Made by a program: the position numbers and the translations under genes | Part shown: positions 9,914 to 19,002 of the stretch, piece by piece | Position numbering within the stretch: the stretch's first letter is position 1 | How the letters are laid out: the number at the start of each line of letters is the position of its first letter | Assembly (NCBI GenBank): GCA_963823555.1 | Contig: CAWGMA010000002.1 | Span: 32,001 to 96,000 of the forward strand | Direction of reading: 5' to 3' | Source of the DNA: Candidatus Eiseniibacteriota bacterium | Lineage (GTDB): Bacteria; Eisenbacteria; RBG-16-71-46; CAVPCR01 | Length of the DNA: 64,000 nt | Notes under the pieces: model-generated | The model's input: the letters and a program-made list of their open reading frames with translations, nothing else | Told to the model about the DNA's origin: nothing | Database searches by the model: none

Positions 9914-10944
9914 GTCCCGCGTCGCCTCGCGATGACCGTCGTTTCTTCAACGTGGAATCGCACCGGAAGGAAGCGCTCCGCGACCCGCATGTTGGTCTCC
10001 GTGTGCGGCGTGATCTCGCTCGTGCGCACGCGACCGCCGAGGAGTCCGAGAAAGGGTACGATCTGATCCGCCAGATGGCGATCCACCGCCGCCCCGCTCG
10101 CCCACTCCGCCTCGAGCCTGGACGCCGCCTCCCGACCCACTCGCTCCGCCGGCTTGCCCCGGGCTCCGATCGCGGACGCGCCGAGTACCGTCGCCGTGGT
10201 GGTGAGCCTGGCCAGGATGGACGTGCCCGGGTTCCGCATGCGGACGTAGGACAGCCGCGGCGCGATCGGCCCCCAGGCCGGGTCGGCGGCGGCGACGAAG
10301 CCATCGACCTGGCGCTCCGCGACGCGCGCGCGCGCCAGCGTCTCATCGGCGAGGCTGAGGATGTCAAGGCGCTGCGGTGTCCCCTGCTCGAGAAGCTCGA
10401 TCGGCGTGGCGGGTCGGGCGTCCCACGGGGTCACGTCGACGCGCACCTCGCCGCCGCCCTTGGGATGGACGCCGTGCTTGATGATGCTCATGCGCACGTC
10501 CATTCCCAGGCGCGAGAGATGAACGAGCAGGACGGTCTCGAGATAGGCTGCGAGCGGGCTCCACGAGACATCGGTGCCGCCGGTCACCGTGATCTCGACC
10601 GGCCCCGGGGCGTGGAGCGCGATCGGGATCGCGGCCTGCAGGACGAGGGTCGCCGCACCCGCCGTGCCGACGGCGATGTGGAAGCGGCCGCTGGCGATGG
10701 CCGAGGGCCGGAAGAGAAGCTCGGTCGAGCCCGGCTTCGCCCCTTCAACCGATGCGGCGGCGAGCTGGCGTGCGGCTTCGACCGCGGCCAGGTGCTGGGC
10801 GGCCAGCCCCGGGTTCGCCCGCCGCGCACGGATCTTCGTCAGGTGGCAGGCGCGGCCGGTGATGGCGGAGAGCGCGACGGAGGTGCGCACGACCTGTCCC
10901 CCACCCTCGCCCTGGCTGCCATCGATCGCGATGATCTCGCTCAT
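9910..10944 (-). CDS. rtcA: RNA 3'-terminal phosphate cyclase
   Basis: IDGSQGEGGGQVVR, RANPGL..QH, GGTDV, HP.GGG, VDRHLADQ (adenylated His). Confidence 0.93.
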   Translation of the reverse strand: MSEIIAIDGSQGEGGGQVVRTSVALSAITGRACHLTKIRARRANPGLAAQHLAAVEAARQLAAASVEGAKPGSTELLFRPSAIASGRFHIAVGTAGAATLVLQAAIPIALHAPGPVEITVTGGTDVSWSPLAAYLETVLLVHLSRLGMDVRMSIIKHGVHPKGGGEVRVDVTPWDARPATPIELLEQGTPQRLDILSLADETLARARVAERQVDGFVAAADPAWGPIAPRLSYVRMRNPGTSILARLTTTATVLGASAIGARGKPAERVGREAASRLEAEWASGAAVDRHLADQIVPFLGLLGGRVRTSEITPHTETNMRVAERFLPVRFHVEETTVIARRRGT

Positions 10945-10972
10945 CGCGGTGACTCCCCCTCCGGCGAGCTCG

Positions 10973-12847
10973 CTAGCGTGTGCGAATGACCTGGCCGCGC
11001 GCGAGTGCACGCAAGTCGCTGCCCTCGAGGCGGATGAAGTAGGCGCCGGGGGGCACCCGATGGCCGGCCGAATCCCGTCCATCCCAGCGCGCATCTTGCG
11101 CCCCCGCTTCCGGGATCAGGAGGCGCACCATGCGGCCCGCCGGGTCGTAGATCCCGATCCGCGCCGCGCCGTCGGCGGGCGGCGGGCCAGCGTTCCAGGT
11201 GATGGTCGTCTCGCTCGCGAAGGGATTCGGACTCGCGCTCAGCTCGAGCGGGCGGGCCAGGGGAGCCGCCGGATCGAGCGCGATCGCCGCCGCGTCGCCG
11301 ACGATGGCGAAAGACGAGGGAGTGATGGTGAGCGCGGTCTCCGTCCCTGCCGCCAGGGTGTAGCGCAGGCGGCAATCCGCGGAGACCGTGAACGGGACGG
11401 TCCACTGCCACCGGCCGCTGTCCGGCAAACCGCTGGCGATCATCGTCCATGGCCCACCGGCGCCCGAGGTCGAGAGCTCGAGCGTGACCGTGGCCGGTGT
11501 GCTGCCAGGGACCGAGCTCGTCCAGTCGATGAAGGCCACGGCCCCCGCGCGGAGTGTTGCCGCGGGCCGCGGTTGCATGGCATGGATCGCGAGGGTGGTG
11601 GGTGGCGTCGCCTCCCTGTAGAGATGGAAGCGGTTGACATAGACGAACGGCCCGCCTTCCTGGGCGATGACGGCGATGTCGGGGAACCCGTTATGATCGG
11701 TATCCCCGCCGGTGCGGAGCGCAGTGTGATAGCCGGGCGTGGGCGAGTTGAGAGCAGCGGATTGCGTCCAGTTGCCGGACCCATCGCCAGTCCAGATGGT
11801 GAGCTGCCCGTCCCCGAACGCGACGAGGTCCATGGCACCATCGAGGTCCATATCGAATAGTTGCGTGGCCTCGTAGTTTCCCGAGGCCGGGAGTCCGGTG
11901 CCGGCGGCGGCCCAGGTGCCCGGACCCGTCCATCGCCAGACCTCGACCCCGCCCTGGCTCGTGGCGAACGCGAGATCGGCGCGGCCATCGGCGTCGATAT
12001 CGCCCAGGCTCGGGCCGCGGCGGCCGACGCTGCCGGCAGGTGGCAGGTTGCCGTCTCCCGCCGTGAAGCCGCCGCTCCCATCCCCCAGGTAAACGGTCTG
12101 GTTCTGGTGCGCGACCGCGATGTCGGGATAGCCGTCGCCGTTGACGTCGCCTGTGGTCAGGTCCTGCCTCGAGTTGCCCCCGACGAAACCGAAGCTCTGG
12201 AGCCAGGTGCCATCTCCCTGGTTCAAATAGACGTGCACGCCGGCACAGCAGCCGAACGAGTTGGCGGCCACATCGAGATCCCCATCGGCGTCGAAGTCGG
12301 CGAGATCGGTGCCGAACATGCCCCAGGTCTCGCCGTGGGTGGCGAGGCCGTCATCCCAGGGCGTCCATGCCGTGCCCGTGCCATCGCCCAGCGCGACCTC
12401 CAGCAGCTGATCCCCGAAGTCCACGCCCGAGTAGTTGTGGTGCATGCCGTAGGCGGCATCCAGATGGCCGTCGCCGTTCACATCGCCGAGCGCCACCCCG
12501 CCGTAGCCGAAGTTGCCGGTCTGGACGACGCTCCAGTTGCCGGCTCCATCCCCGAACCACACCATGATTCCGTGCTCCTGGGTGTTCACGTAGGGCGAAC
12601 CGTGATCGCCGATCGAGATCAGATCCAGTTTGCCGTCGGCGTTCACATCCGCCATCTCCACCTCGGTCCGCCCGCCATCGAGCGCGGGCGTCCCCAGTCC
12701 GGTCGACGACTCGACATAGGTGAGAGCGGCGACGGGTGGAGTTGCGGGTGGTGCTGCGGTGATGATGACGGCGAGGGTGGTAAGGAGTGGGAAGAAGAAG
12801 GGGTGAGGTGAGGGGGTCGGGATGGACGGCGAGGGCTGCTGCTTCAT
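10973..12847 (-). CDS. Secreted FG-GAP/VCBS beta-propeller protein with C-terminal FlgD-Ig-like domain
   Basis: Repeated D(V/F/I)(N/D)(A/G)DGxxD motifs; C-terminal SPNPF...IYDPAGRMVR...WDGRD...PGAYFIRL. Confidence 0.85.
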   Translation of the reverse strand: MKQQPSPSIPTPSPHPFFFPLLTTLAVIITAAPPATPPVAALTYVESSTGLGTPALDGGRTEVEMADVNADGKLDLISIGDHGSPYVNTQEHGIMVWFGDGAGNWSVVQTGNFGYGGVALGDVNGDGHLDAAYGMHHNYSGVDFGDQLLEVALGDGTGTAWTPWDDGLATHGETWGMFGTDLADFDADGDLDVAANSFGCCAGVHVYLNQGDGTWLQSFGFVGGNSRQDLTTGDVNGDGYPDIAVAHQNQTVYLGDGSGGFTAGDGNLPPAGSVGRRGPSLGDIDADGRADLAFATSQGGVEVWRWTGPGTWAAAGTGLPASGNYEATQLFDMDLDGAMDLVAFGDGQLTIWTGDGSGNWTQSAALNSPTPGYHTALRTGGDTDHNGFPDIAVIAQEGGPFVYVNRFHLYREATPPTTLAIHAMQPRPAATLRAGAVAFIDWTSSVPGSTPATVTLELSTSGAGGPWTMIASGLPDSGRWQWTVPFTVSADCRLRYTLAAGTETALTITPSSFAIVGDAAAIALDPAAPLARPLELSASPNPFASETTITWNAGPPPADGAARIGIYDPAGRMVRLLIPEAGAQDARWDGRDSAGHRVPPGAYFIRLEGSDLRALARGQVIRTR

Positions 12848-12993
12848 GGGATCACCTCGGACAGGATCGTGGGTGGGTCGCGGTGCGCGAGCTCCGACGC
12901 CGGAATCGGCCCATCCATGATCGCAGCCCCGGGCGGTATCGGGGAGCCCGACTTGCGACCGCGTCTTTTTTCGATCGGCGGGGATCTTTCCAG

Positions 12994-13030
12994 TTGACTG
13001 GAGGTACTCATTAGTATAGTCTTCTGAGTA
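12994..13030 (+). promoter_or_regulatory. Candidate promoter (TTGACT-15-TATAGT) overlapped by inverted repeat TACTCA-N14-TGAGTA
   Basis: AT-rich patch upstream of the HNH gene; the spacer is shorter than canonical. Confidence 0.4.
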
Positions 13031-13125
13031 TTGATGGGGCCCGCCCCTCGCCCACCCCGCGAGAGCCCCAGGCGCACCGAGCCAGATCCCGGCCAGATTG
13101 GCCGACCCCACCATAAGCCGTTTTC

Positions 13126-15531
13126 TTGAATGGGCTTGACGCTCCGGCCGGACCCTTCGGGTCGGGCTCCGGGGAGCTCGAGCCGGCGCCGTGGTTGCCG
13201 CCAGCCGCTGGGGACCGCATGGGTCGATCTCATCGCCGCCCGCTGGATGCGAGGTCGCCGCTCGTTGATCGCCGGTTGTGCCGGCTGTTCATGAGCCGCG
13301 CGGCGCGCGGCCGCTTCGGGCCACGTCTTGCGCCGCGCATCGATCGGGCCCTCTGGCAATTGGTCGGAGTCCAGCACGCGCTCGACCTGTCCCTGGGACG
13401 CGCCCTCCGCCGGCTCAGGGAGCGCTCGGGGTATTCGGGGCTCGGCTTCGTCCTCTGGACCGACTACGTGCGCGAGCGTGTCGGGATTCCGCAGCGCACG
13501 TGCCAGGAGGTGATGCGACTGGCGAGAGGATGCGATGACGTGCCCGAGCTCGGCGCGGCTCTGGAGCATGGCGAGCTGTCCAAGAGCAAGGTGCTGGCTC
13601 TCCTGGGGATCCTCGACGCCGGATCTTCGATCGAAGATCGTGCTCGATGGGTCCGGCGTGCTCGCGAGATGACCGTGCGGGAGCTCGTGCGTGCGGTGAG
13701 AGCGGAGAGGACCGAGAGAACCCAGAGAACCGAGAGCGGAGGCACTGCGGGCGACAGAGACCGAGCCATGCCGACCGAGGACGGAAGCGACGCGTGCGAT
13801 GAAGGGATGCGCGGGGGAATGCTCACGATTCGCTGTCCGGCCCGCACCGTCACCCTGGCCCGCATGGGGTTCGAGCTCGTCGAGAGGCTTCACGGCCAGC
13901 GGTTGCCCCGCTTTCGCAGCCTCGAGTTCATGATCGCGGATTGGTTCAGCGCCATGGGCTGGCCGGGCGAGATGGAAGAGGATGGCGCATCGGCTGGCAT
14001 GGAGGAAATCCAGCGGGAGCGCCATCGCCTGCCTGCGACAGCGGAGAAGCCAGAGGACGCTCTCCCGGGGAGCCGCGAACGCGTCGAGGCGGCATGCCGG
14101 GAGGCAGCCGCCGGATGGGCCTATCTCTCATGGCAGCGCGAACCGGAATCCCTGGACCCCGCCCTCGATGCCAGCCACTCCGAGGACCCCTTTGCCCTGG
14201 ACGCGGCCGTGATGCGGATGAGCATGCTGGCGCGGCGCGTTCGCGTGCTGCTCGGTCAGGTCCTCGCGGCGATGTCGGCGCTCGATGGGTGGCGGCTCCT
14301 TGGGTTTGCCTCCTTCGATCACTACTGCCGCGAGCGAATCGGGCTCGAGCCGCGCTCGGTGGCCCGTTTCATGCGCTTCGCCCGCGCTCTGGATGCCCAC
14401 CCCGCGCTCGGGGAAGCCCATCTCTCCGGGGCGCTCAGCTACTTGCAGGTGCTGATCCTCATTCCGATCGTGCGTCGGGGTACGGCAGAGGCCTGGGCCG
14501 AGTGGGCGGCGCGGAAAACCTGCCTCGCGACGGCCAAGGCCGTGGATACGGCTCTCATGTCGGAGCTGAGCGGCGCGGGTCCCGAGGAGATGGCGGGCTG
14601 GGCCGATCTCCTGCGCCAGGCTGGGGAGAGCGAGGAATCGGCTGGCATCGTTCCGACGGCGATGACAATGTCCGCGCCTCGGCCGGCGGCCGCGTCGCCT
14701 CGGCCGGCGGCCGCATCGCCTCGGCCGGCGGCCGCATCGCCCCCGCTGGTCGGATCGCCCCCGCTGGTCGGATCGCCCCCGCTGGGCGCCGCTCTACCTC
14801 CACCCGCCGACTTCTCGGACCCGGTGATCGTCGGCCTCCGACCCGGCACGCCACTCCTGCGCGCCGACTGCATGACCTGCTGCTTCCGCATTCGCATCTT
14901 CTGTCCGGAGGATCTGAGGTCCTTCGTGCGCGCCGGCTTCCAATCCTGTCGCGATGCTTCGGGCCGCCCGCTGCCCGCGTGGCGCGCGCTCGAGCTATTC
15001 GTCCTGAACCTGCTCGATCATCTCGACGATCCGGAGTTCGAACGCCTGGCCGTCGCATTTCCCGTGCTCGAACGGGACGGCTGGCAGTGCCAGGTTCCGG
15101 GGTGCACCGGTCGGGGCGTCCTGCACTCCCACCACATCCGCTACAGGAGCCACGGCGGCTCCGACGCCGAGTTCAACCGCATCACACTGTGCGCCCCTCA
15201 TCACCGCCAGCACATTCACGAGTGCCGGACGGTATCGGTCGCGGGAGTGGCGCCCAAGGGGCTCGAGTGGCAGATCGGGCGCCGCGCGGGGATGGAACCG
15301 CTGCTGCGCTTTCGGGGCGAGACGCTGATCCCACCGCCGGCACCGGTGGCGAACGAGCCGTCGCTCGTGCGCGATGCGGTGCGACATACGCTGCCCGCAT
15401 GGCCTCGGCGGTCGAGGGCAGGCAGCTACCAGGTCATGCGGGAGTGGGCTGCCCGCAGCGGCCCACAGCGGCTTGTCCGCCTCAGGCCGCGGCCTTCTCT
15501 AGCCTCGACATCACGTAGTCAGCCGCCTTGA
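13126..15531 (+). CDS. Large HNH endonuclease with duplicated DUF222-like N-terminal region
   Basis: C-terminal RDGWQCQVPGC...HSHHIRYRSHGGSD...N.ITLC..HH..IH; two copies of LGF...Y.RER.G; start uncertain. Confidence 0.8.
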   Translation: MNGLDAPAGPFGSGSGELEPAPWLPPAAGDRMGRSHRRPLDARSPLVDRRLCRLFMSRAARGRFGPRLAPRIDRALWQLVGVQHALDLSLGRALRRLRERSGYSGLGFVLWTDYVRERVGIPQRTCQEVMRLARGCDDVPELGAALEHGELSKSKVLALLGILDAGSSIEDRARWVRRAREMTVRELVRAVRAERTERTQRTESGGTAGDRDRAMPTEDGSDACDEGMRGGMLTIRCPARTVTLARMGFELVERLHGQRLPRFRSLEFMIADWFSAMGWPGEMEEDGASAGMEEIQRERHRLPATAEKPEDALPGSRERVEAACREAAAGWAYLSWQREPESLDPALDASHSEDPFALDAAVMRMSMLARRVRVLLGQVLAAMSALDGWRLLGFASFDHYCRERIGLEPRSVARFMRFARALDAHPALGEAHLSGALSYLQVLILIPIVRRGTAEAWAEWAARKTCLATAKAVDTALMSELSGAGPEEMAGWADLLRQAGESEESAGIVPTAMTMSAPRPAAASPRPAAASPRPAAASPPLVGSPPLVGSPPLGAALPPPADFSDPVIVGLRPGTPLLRADCMTCCFRIRIFCPEDLRSFVRAGFQSCRDASGRPLPAWRALELFVLNLLDHLDDPEFERLAVAFPVLERDGWQCQVPGCTGRGVLHSHHIRYRSHGGSDAEFNRITLCAPHHRQHIHECRTVSVAGVAPKGLEWQIGRRAGMEPLLRFRGETLIPPPAPVANEPSLVRDAVRHTLPAWPRRSRAGSYQVMREWAARSGPQRLVRLRPRPSLASTSRSQPP
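14675..14785 (+). repeat. In-frame tandem repeats: 3x 21 bp (PRPAAAS) then about 2.7x 18 bp (PPLVGS)
   Basis: cgcctcggccggcggccgc(g/a)t x3 followed by cgcccccgctggtcggat x2 plus a partial copy. Confidence 0.95.
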
Positions 15532-15934
15532 GCGGCATCTTGACACGGACCGACGATTCGCCGTCATCCACCTCCACGAGGAGATGCCGGCCCTTCTTAC
15601 GCACCTTGACCCTCTCGTCATCCGAGTCGACGCTCACGATCACGAAGTCGGGGCAGCGGGAGATCTCGGCGATGAATGCGCGCGCGACGGGGGCCGCCTC
15701 GTTGATCTCGTCGACCGCTTCACGCAGGACCTCATCCGGAACGAACGGCATGACCAGCATCACAACAGCCGCCGGCATCTGGATCGACAGGTCGACGTCG
15801 TCGTCATGGATCTTCACCGAGAGCAGGCCGAAGCTCGCCACCGTGTACGTGATCCAGATCGATGAACCCACGAGCAGGGCCAGAACGCATGTGATGGCGA
15901 GCGTCGTCTTGTTGCGAAAGTCAGGTCGTCGCAT
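15482..15934 (-). CDS. Membrane-anchored hypothetical protein (apparent paralog of the upstream gene)
   Basis: N-terminal TM helix; SD GGAGG; shares VDSDDxRV and RVxMPL motifs with 15953-16582. Confidence 0.7.
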   Translation of the reverse strand: MRRPDFRNKTTLAITCVLALLVGSSIWITYTVASFGLLSVKIHDDDVDLSIQMPAAVVMLVMPFVPDEVLREAVDEINEAAPVARAFIAEISRCPDFVIVSVDSDDERVKVRKKGRHLLVEVDDGESSVRVKMPLKAADYVMSRLEKAAA

Positions 15935-15952
15935 GATCAGACCTCCCGGGTA

Positions 15953-16582
15953 CTACTCGGCTTCAGGCTTCCTGTCGAGCCAGATGCGCACCCTCGCGTC
16001 GTCGCTGTCCACGGCTACGAGCTCGCCCTCGCCGTGATCCTCCAGCGTCTTCACCGCGGCCGCGAGATCGACGTCACCCGATCCCTTCTCGTGCGCCGCG
16101 ATGAAGGCATCCACCAGCTTCAGGGGAAGGCGGATCCGGACCTTCTCGTCGCCATCCTCCGCCTTGATGAGCAGGTTCTTCCCGGAGCGGGCGACCTCGA
16201 TCTCCTCGCCGTCGGCTTCGACCCGGATGAACTGGCCTTCCTTGGCTTCCTTGAGGGCCTCGAGGACCCCACGGAGCTTGGCCATCTCCAGATCGTGATC
16301 ATCGATGCGCACCTTGCCCTGGCACACGTTCCCCTCATCGATGAGCGGGAGGATCGCCTGGGCGAGGGCGAGGGGGACCGTGACGCGGACGTGCTCCCCA
16401 TGCCCATCCGATTCGTCCACCGCGACATGAAGCCAGAGGTCGTTCGAACTGGCTGCCAGAGTGGCCCTTGAGCCCGCGAGCAGGGCCAGGGATATGAGGA
16501 TGAGGCCGGCCGCCAGGGTTCGGATCGCAGTCAGAAACCGTGGTCGGGGCACGCTGATCGGAGGAGGGGGCGAGAGGAGCAT
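15953..16582 (-). CDS. Secreted hypothetical protein
   Basis: Signal peptide; repeated E.VRV.VPL / EKVRIRLPL motif; SD GAGG. Confidence 0.75.
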   Translation of the reverse strand: MLLSPPPPISVPRPRFLTAIRTLAAGLILISLALLAGSRATLAASSNDLWLHVAVDESDGHGEHVRVTVPLALAQAILPLIDEGNVCQGKVRIDDHDLEMAKLRGVLEALKEAKEGQFIRVEADGEEIEVARSGKNLLIKAEDGDEKVRIRLPLKLVDAFIAAHEKGSGDVDLAAAVKTLEDHGEGELVAVDSDDARVRIWLDRKPEAE

Positions 16583-16714
16583 GGTCGCACCTCGGGGCTG
16601 GGGAGACGCCAACAACGGGCCGCCGGTAACGGCGTGCCATCCAGGTTCGTAGCAGGAACTACGAGCAGGGGCCGGAACGGGTTGCAACCCCGGCCGCGGG
16701 GCAGGTCAGGCGGT

Positions 16715-16846
16715 CCGCCCGGCTTCCACCGCCCGCCGCCCGGCTTCCACCGCCCGCCGCCCGGCTTCCTACCGGAGCCACCCAGCCGGGTCCACCGCCC
16801 ACCCCCCGGCTTCCTACCGGAGCCACCCAGCCGGGTCCACCGCCCG
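16715..16846. repeat. Tandem repeats 2x 21 bp + 2x 45 bp that duplicate the last 10 codons and stop of envC
   Basis: ccgcccggcttccaccgcccg x2; cc(g/c)cccggcttcctaccggagccacccagccgggtccaccgccc(a/g) x2. Confidence 0.95.
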
Positions 16847-18127
16847 CGACCCTTGCCGCACCTCGAAATGGAGCATCGGTCCCTTGAGCGATCCGGTGTC
16901 GCCGACCGTCCCGACCACCGCTCCTCCGGCCAGGGTCTGTCCCGTCGTCACCCCCACATCGGCAAGGTGGGCGTACAGCGTGTAGTACCCCCCCCCGTGA
17001 TTCAGGATCACGCAGTTTCCGTATCCCGTGAGCCAGTCGCGGTAGTCGACCTTGCCGTCCGCCACGGCGCGCACGGGCGTGCCGGCCGCGGCGGCGATGT
17101 CGATGCCATTGTTGCGGGTCGAGGTCCCGAACTTGGGATGGGTGTGGGGGCCAAATCCTTCGAGGACCTTGCCCTGGACCGGCCACGGTAGGTTGCCGCG
17201 GGCATGGGCGAAGGGTCCCGAAGGCGGGATGAACTCGGGCGCCGTCTTGCGGCGGGCCTCCAGCTGGCGAATGATGGACTCGAGCCGCTCCTGCGCGGCC
17301 TTGAGCTCGCGCGCCGCCTGCTCGTGAGTCTCGCGCTTCTTCCGCAGATCCGAGATCTGCGACTCGCGCTCCTTCTTGAGGCCCGACAGGCGGTTCTGCT
17401 CTCGCTGCTTCTCCTTCCCGATCTGCTGGATCTCGGTCTGGTTCCGCTCGACTTCGCTGCGGTCGGCAACCAGCGTCCGCCGCGTCGAGTCGATCGTTTC
17501 CATCAGCTTGCGCTCCTCGTCCGCGAGCCGGGTCATGAGGTAGACGCGGTCCGCGAGATCGGGGATCGATTCGGCGGAGAAGACGACTTCGATCCAGCTC
17601 GGTTGCCCGGTCTTGTAGATCTCCCGCACACGATGGGCGAGACGCCTGTTGGCGCGTTCGAGTTCGCTCTCCCGGGCACCGATGTCGAGTTCGAGCTGGC
17701 CGAGCCGGCGAGTGATGGCATTTTCCTGCTGTGACAGCTTCTTCAGATAGGCCTTCGTCGTGGCCAGACGCTTGTCGGCCGACTGGATTTCGGAGAGCAC
17801 CTTCTTCTCGCGCCCGCGGAGCCGCTCGGCCTCGGCGCTCTCGCGCTCGATCTGCAGCTTGAGCTCGAGGAGTTCCTGGCGCCGCCTGGCGATATCGGCC
17901 GCGGTCTCGGCGCTGGAGGTGTCCGCTGCGGCCTCGGTGCTCGTCGGTGGCGGCGCGGGCGCCTTCTTCGGCTCATCGGCCGCCTTCTTGGTCTGGCTGG
18001 AGCTCTTCTTGGGTGCGGCGCGGCCGCGATCGGCCAGGGTTCCCGGAGCGGGGGCAAGCGACAGCGCGAGGGCGAGGGCGGCCGCCGTCACGATCAACCG
18101 CGCGAGCTGTGTGGACCGCCATCTCAA
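16814..18127 (-). CDS. envC: Murein hydrolase activator EnvC-like protein (coiled coil + M23 domain)
   Basis: Long coiled coil; LPWPVQG, NNGIDI, YAHL, LHFEVR; directly downstream of ftsX with TTGA overlap. Confidence 0.88.
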   Translation of the reverse strand: MRWRSTQLARLIVTAAALALALSLAPAPGTLADRGRAAPKKSSSQTKKAADEPKKAPAPPPTSTEAAADTSSAETAADIARRRQELLELKLQIERESAEAERLRGREKKVLSEIQSADKRLATTKAYLKKLSQQENAITRRLGQLELDIGARESELERANRRLAHRVREIYKTGQPSWIEVVFSAESIPDLADRVYLMTRLADEERKLMETIDSTRRTLVADRSEVERNQTEIQQIGKEKQREQNRLSGLKKERESQISDLRKKRETHEQAARELKAAQERLESIIRQLEARRKTAPEFIPPSGPFAHARGNLPWPVQGKVLEGFGPHTHPKFGTSTRNNGIDIAAAAGTPVRAVADGKVDYRDWLTGYGNCVILNHGGGYYTLYAHLADVGVTTGQTLAGGAVVGTVGDTGSLKGPMLHFEVRQGSRAVDPAGWLR

Positions 18128-19002
18128 GCCGAGCTCCGGATGACATCGCCCAGCGACCACATGGCGCCAAGCATGCCAAGGAGCACGGCGAAGGCGAAGA
18201 AGCCGACGATTTCGTTCGCCGTCAGGAAATGCACCTCGACGCCGATCAACCGCGTCGAGAAGTTGGCGACCAGGAGTCGCAGCACGAGGAGGGTGCCCCC
18301 GGCGGCAACGAGAGCCTGCGCCACGCCCTCGACCAGGAAGGGCATCCGAATGTACGTCCCCGTGGCCCCGACCACGCTCATGATCTCGATCATCTCGCGG
18401 CGTGCGAGCACGGTGAGCCGGATCGTCGAGTGCACGGCGAAGGCGACCGCGAGACCGACCAGGATGGCGGTCGCGAGCTCGGCGAGACGGAGAGTGAGAA
18501 GCGCGGCATCGAGGCGCGCGATCCAGTCGCCGCCGAAGCGGACATCCTCGACGCCGGCGATCTCGGCGGCCGCGCTCGCGATCTCCTTCATCCGGGTTGC
18601 CGTCGCGACTCCGGAAGCCAGCTCGAGGCGGAAGCAGGCAGGAAGCGGGTTGAAGCCGAGCGCTTCCACCAGGTCGTAGCGCCCGATGTCGGCGCGAAAT
18701 GCCTCGAGCGCCTCCTCCTTGGAAACGAATCGGGTCCCGGAGACTCCCGCGATGGCGCGGAGCCCGCTCTCGATCTCGGCGCGCTGGCCCTCGCTCGTGT
18801 CCTCGGCGAGGTAGACATCGATGACGCGCCGGCTATCGAGTGAGCGGGCGCTGCGTTCGATGTTGGACGTGATGAGGAGGGTGATGGCGAACACGAGTAG
18901 CGAAGCCGAGATCGAGACGATCGCGGCGATCGTGAGCGCAGGGTGCCGGCGGGCCGACGACAACCCCTCGCGCGCCAGGTACAGGAACGCGCGCGGGCTC
19001 AT
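18124..19002 (-). CDS. ftsX: Cell division permease-like protein FtsX
   Basis: FVSKEEAL, NPLP, TIRLTVLARR.EIEIM..VGAT..YIRMPFLVEG. Confidence 0.93.
   Translation of the reverse strand: MSPRAFLYLAREGLSSARRHPALTIAAIVSISASLLVFAITLLITSNIERSARSLDSRRVIDVYLAEDTSEGQRAEIESGLRAIAGVSGTRFVSKEEALEAFRADIGRYDLVEALGFNPLPACFRLELASGVATATRMKEIASAAAEIAGVEDVRFGGDWIARLDAALLTLRLAELATAILVGLAVAFAVHSTIRLTVLARREMIEIMSVVGATGTYIRMPFLVEGVAQALVAAGGTLLVLRLLVANFSTRLIGVEVHFLTANEIVGFFAFAVLLGMLGAMWSLGDVIRSSA

Noticed and set aside
14675..14785. Possible CRISPR or mini-array associated with the HNH nuclease
   Set aside because: In-frame coding tandem repeats without spacers.
13126..15531. HNH protein as an IscB/Cas9 relative
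   Set aside because: No RuvC motifs, PLMP N-terminus or bridge helix recognised; the architecture fits DUF222-like HNH.
16715..16846. Possible CRISPR array
   Set aside because: The repeats are directly tandem with no unique spacers, and there are no cas genes.
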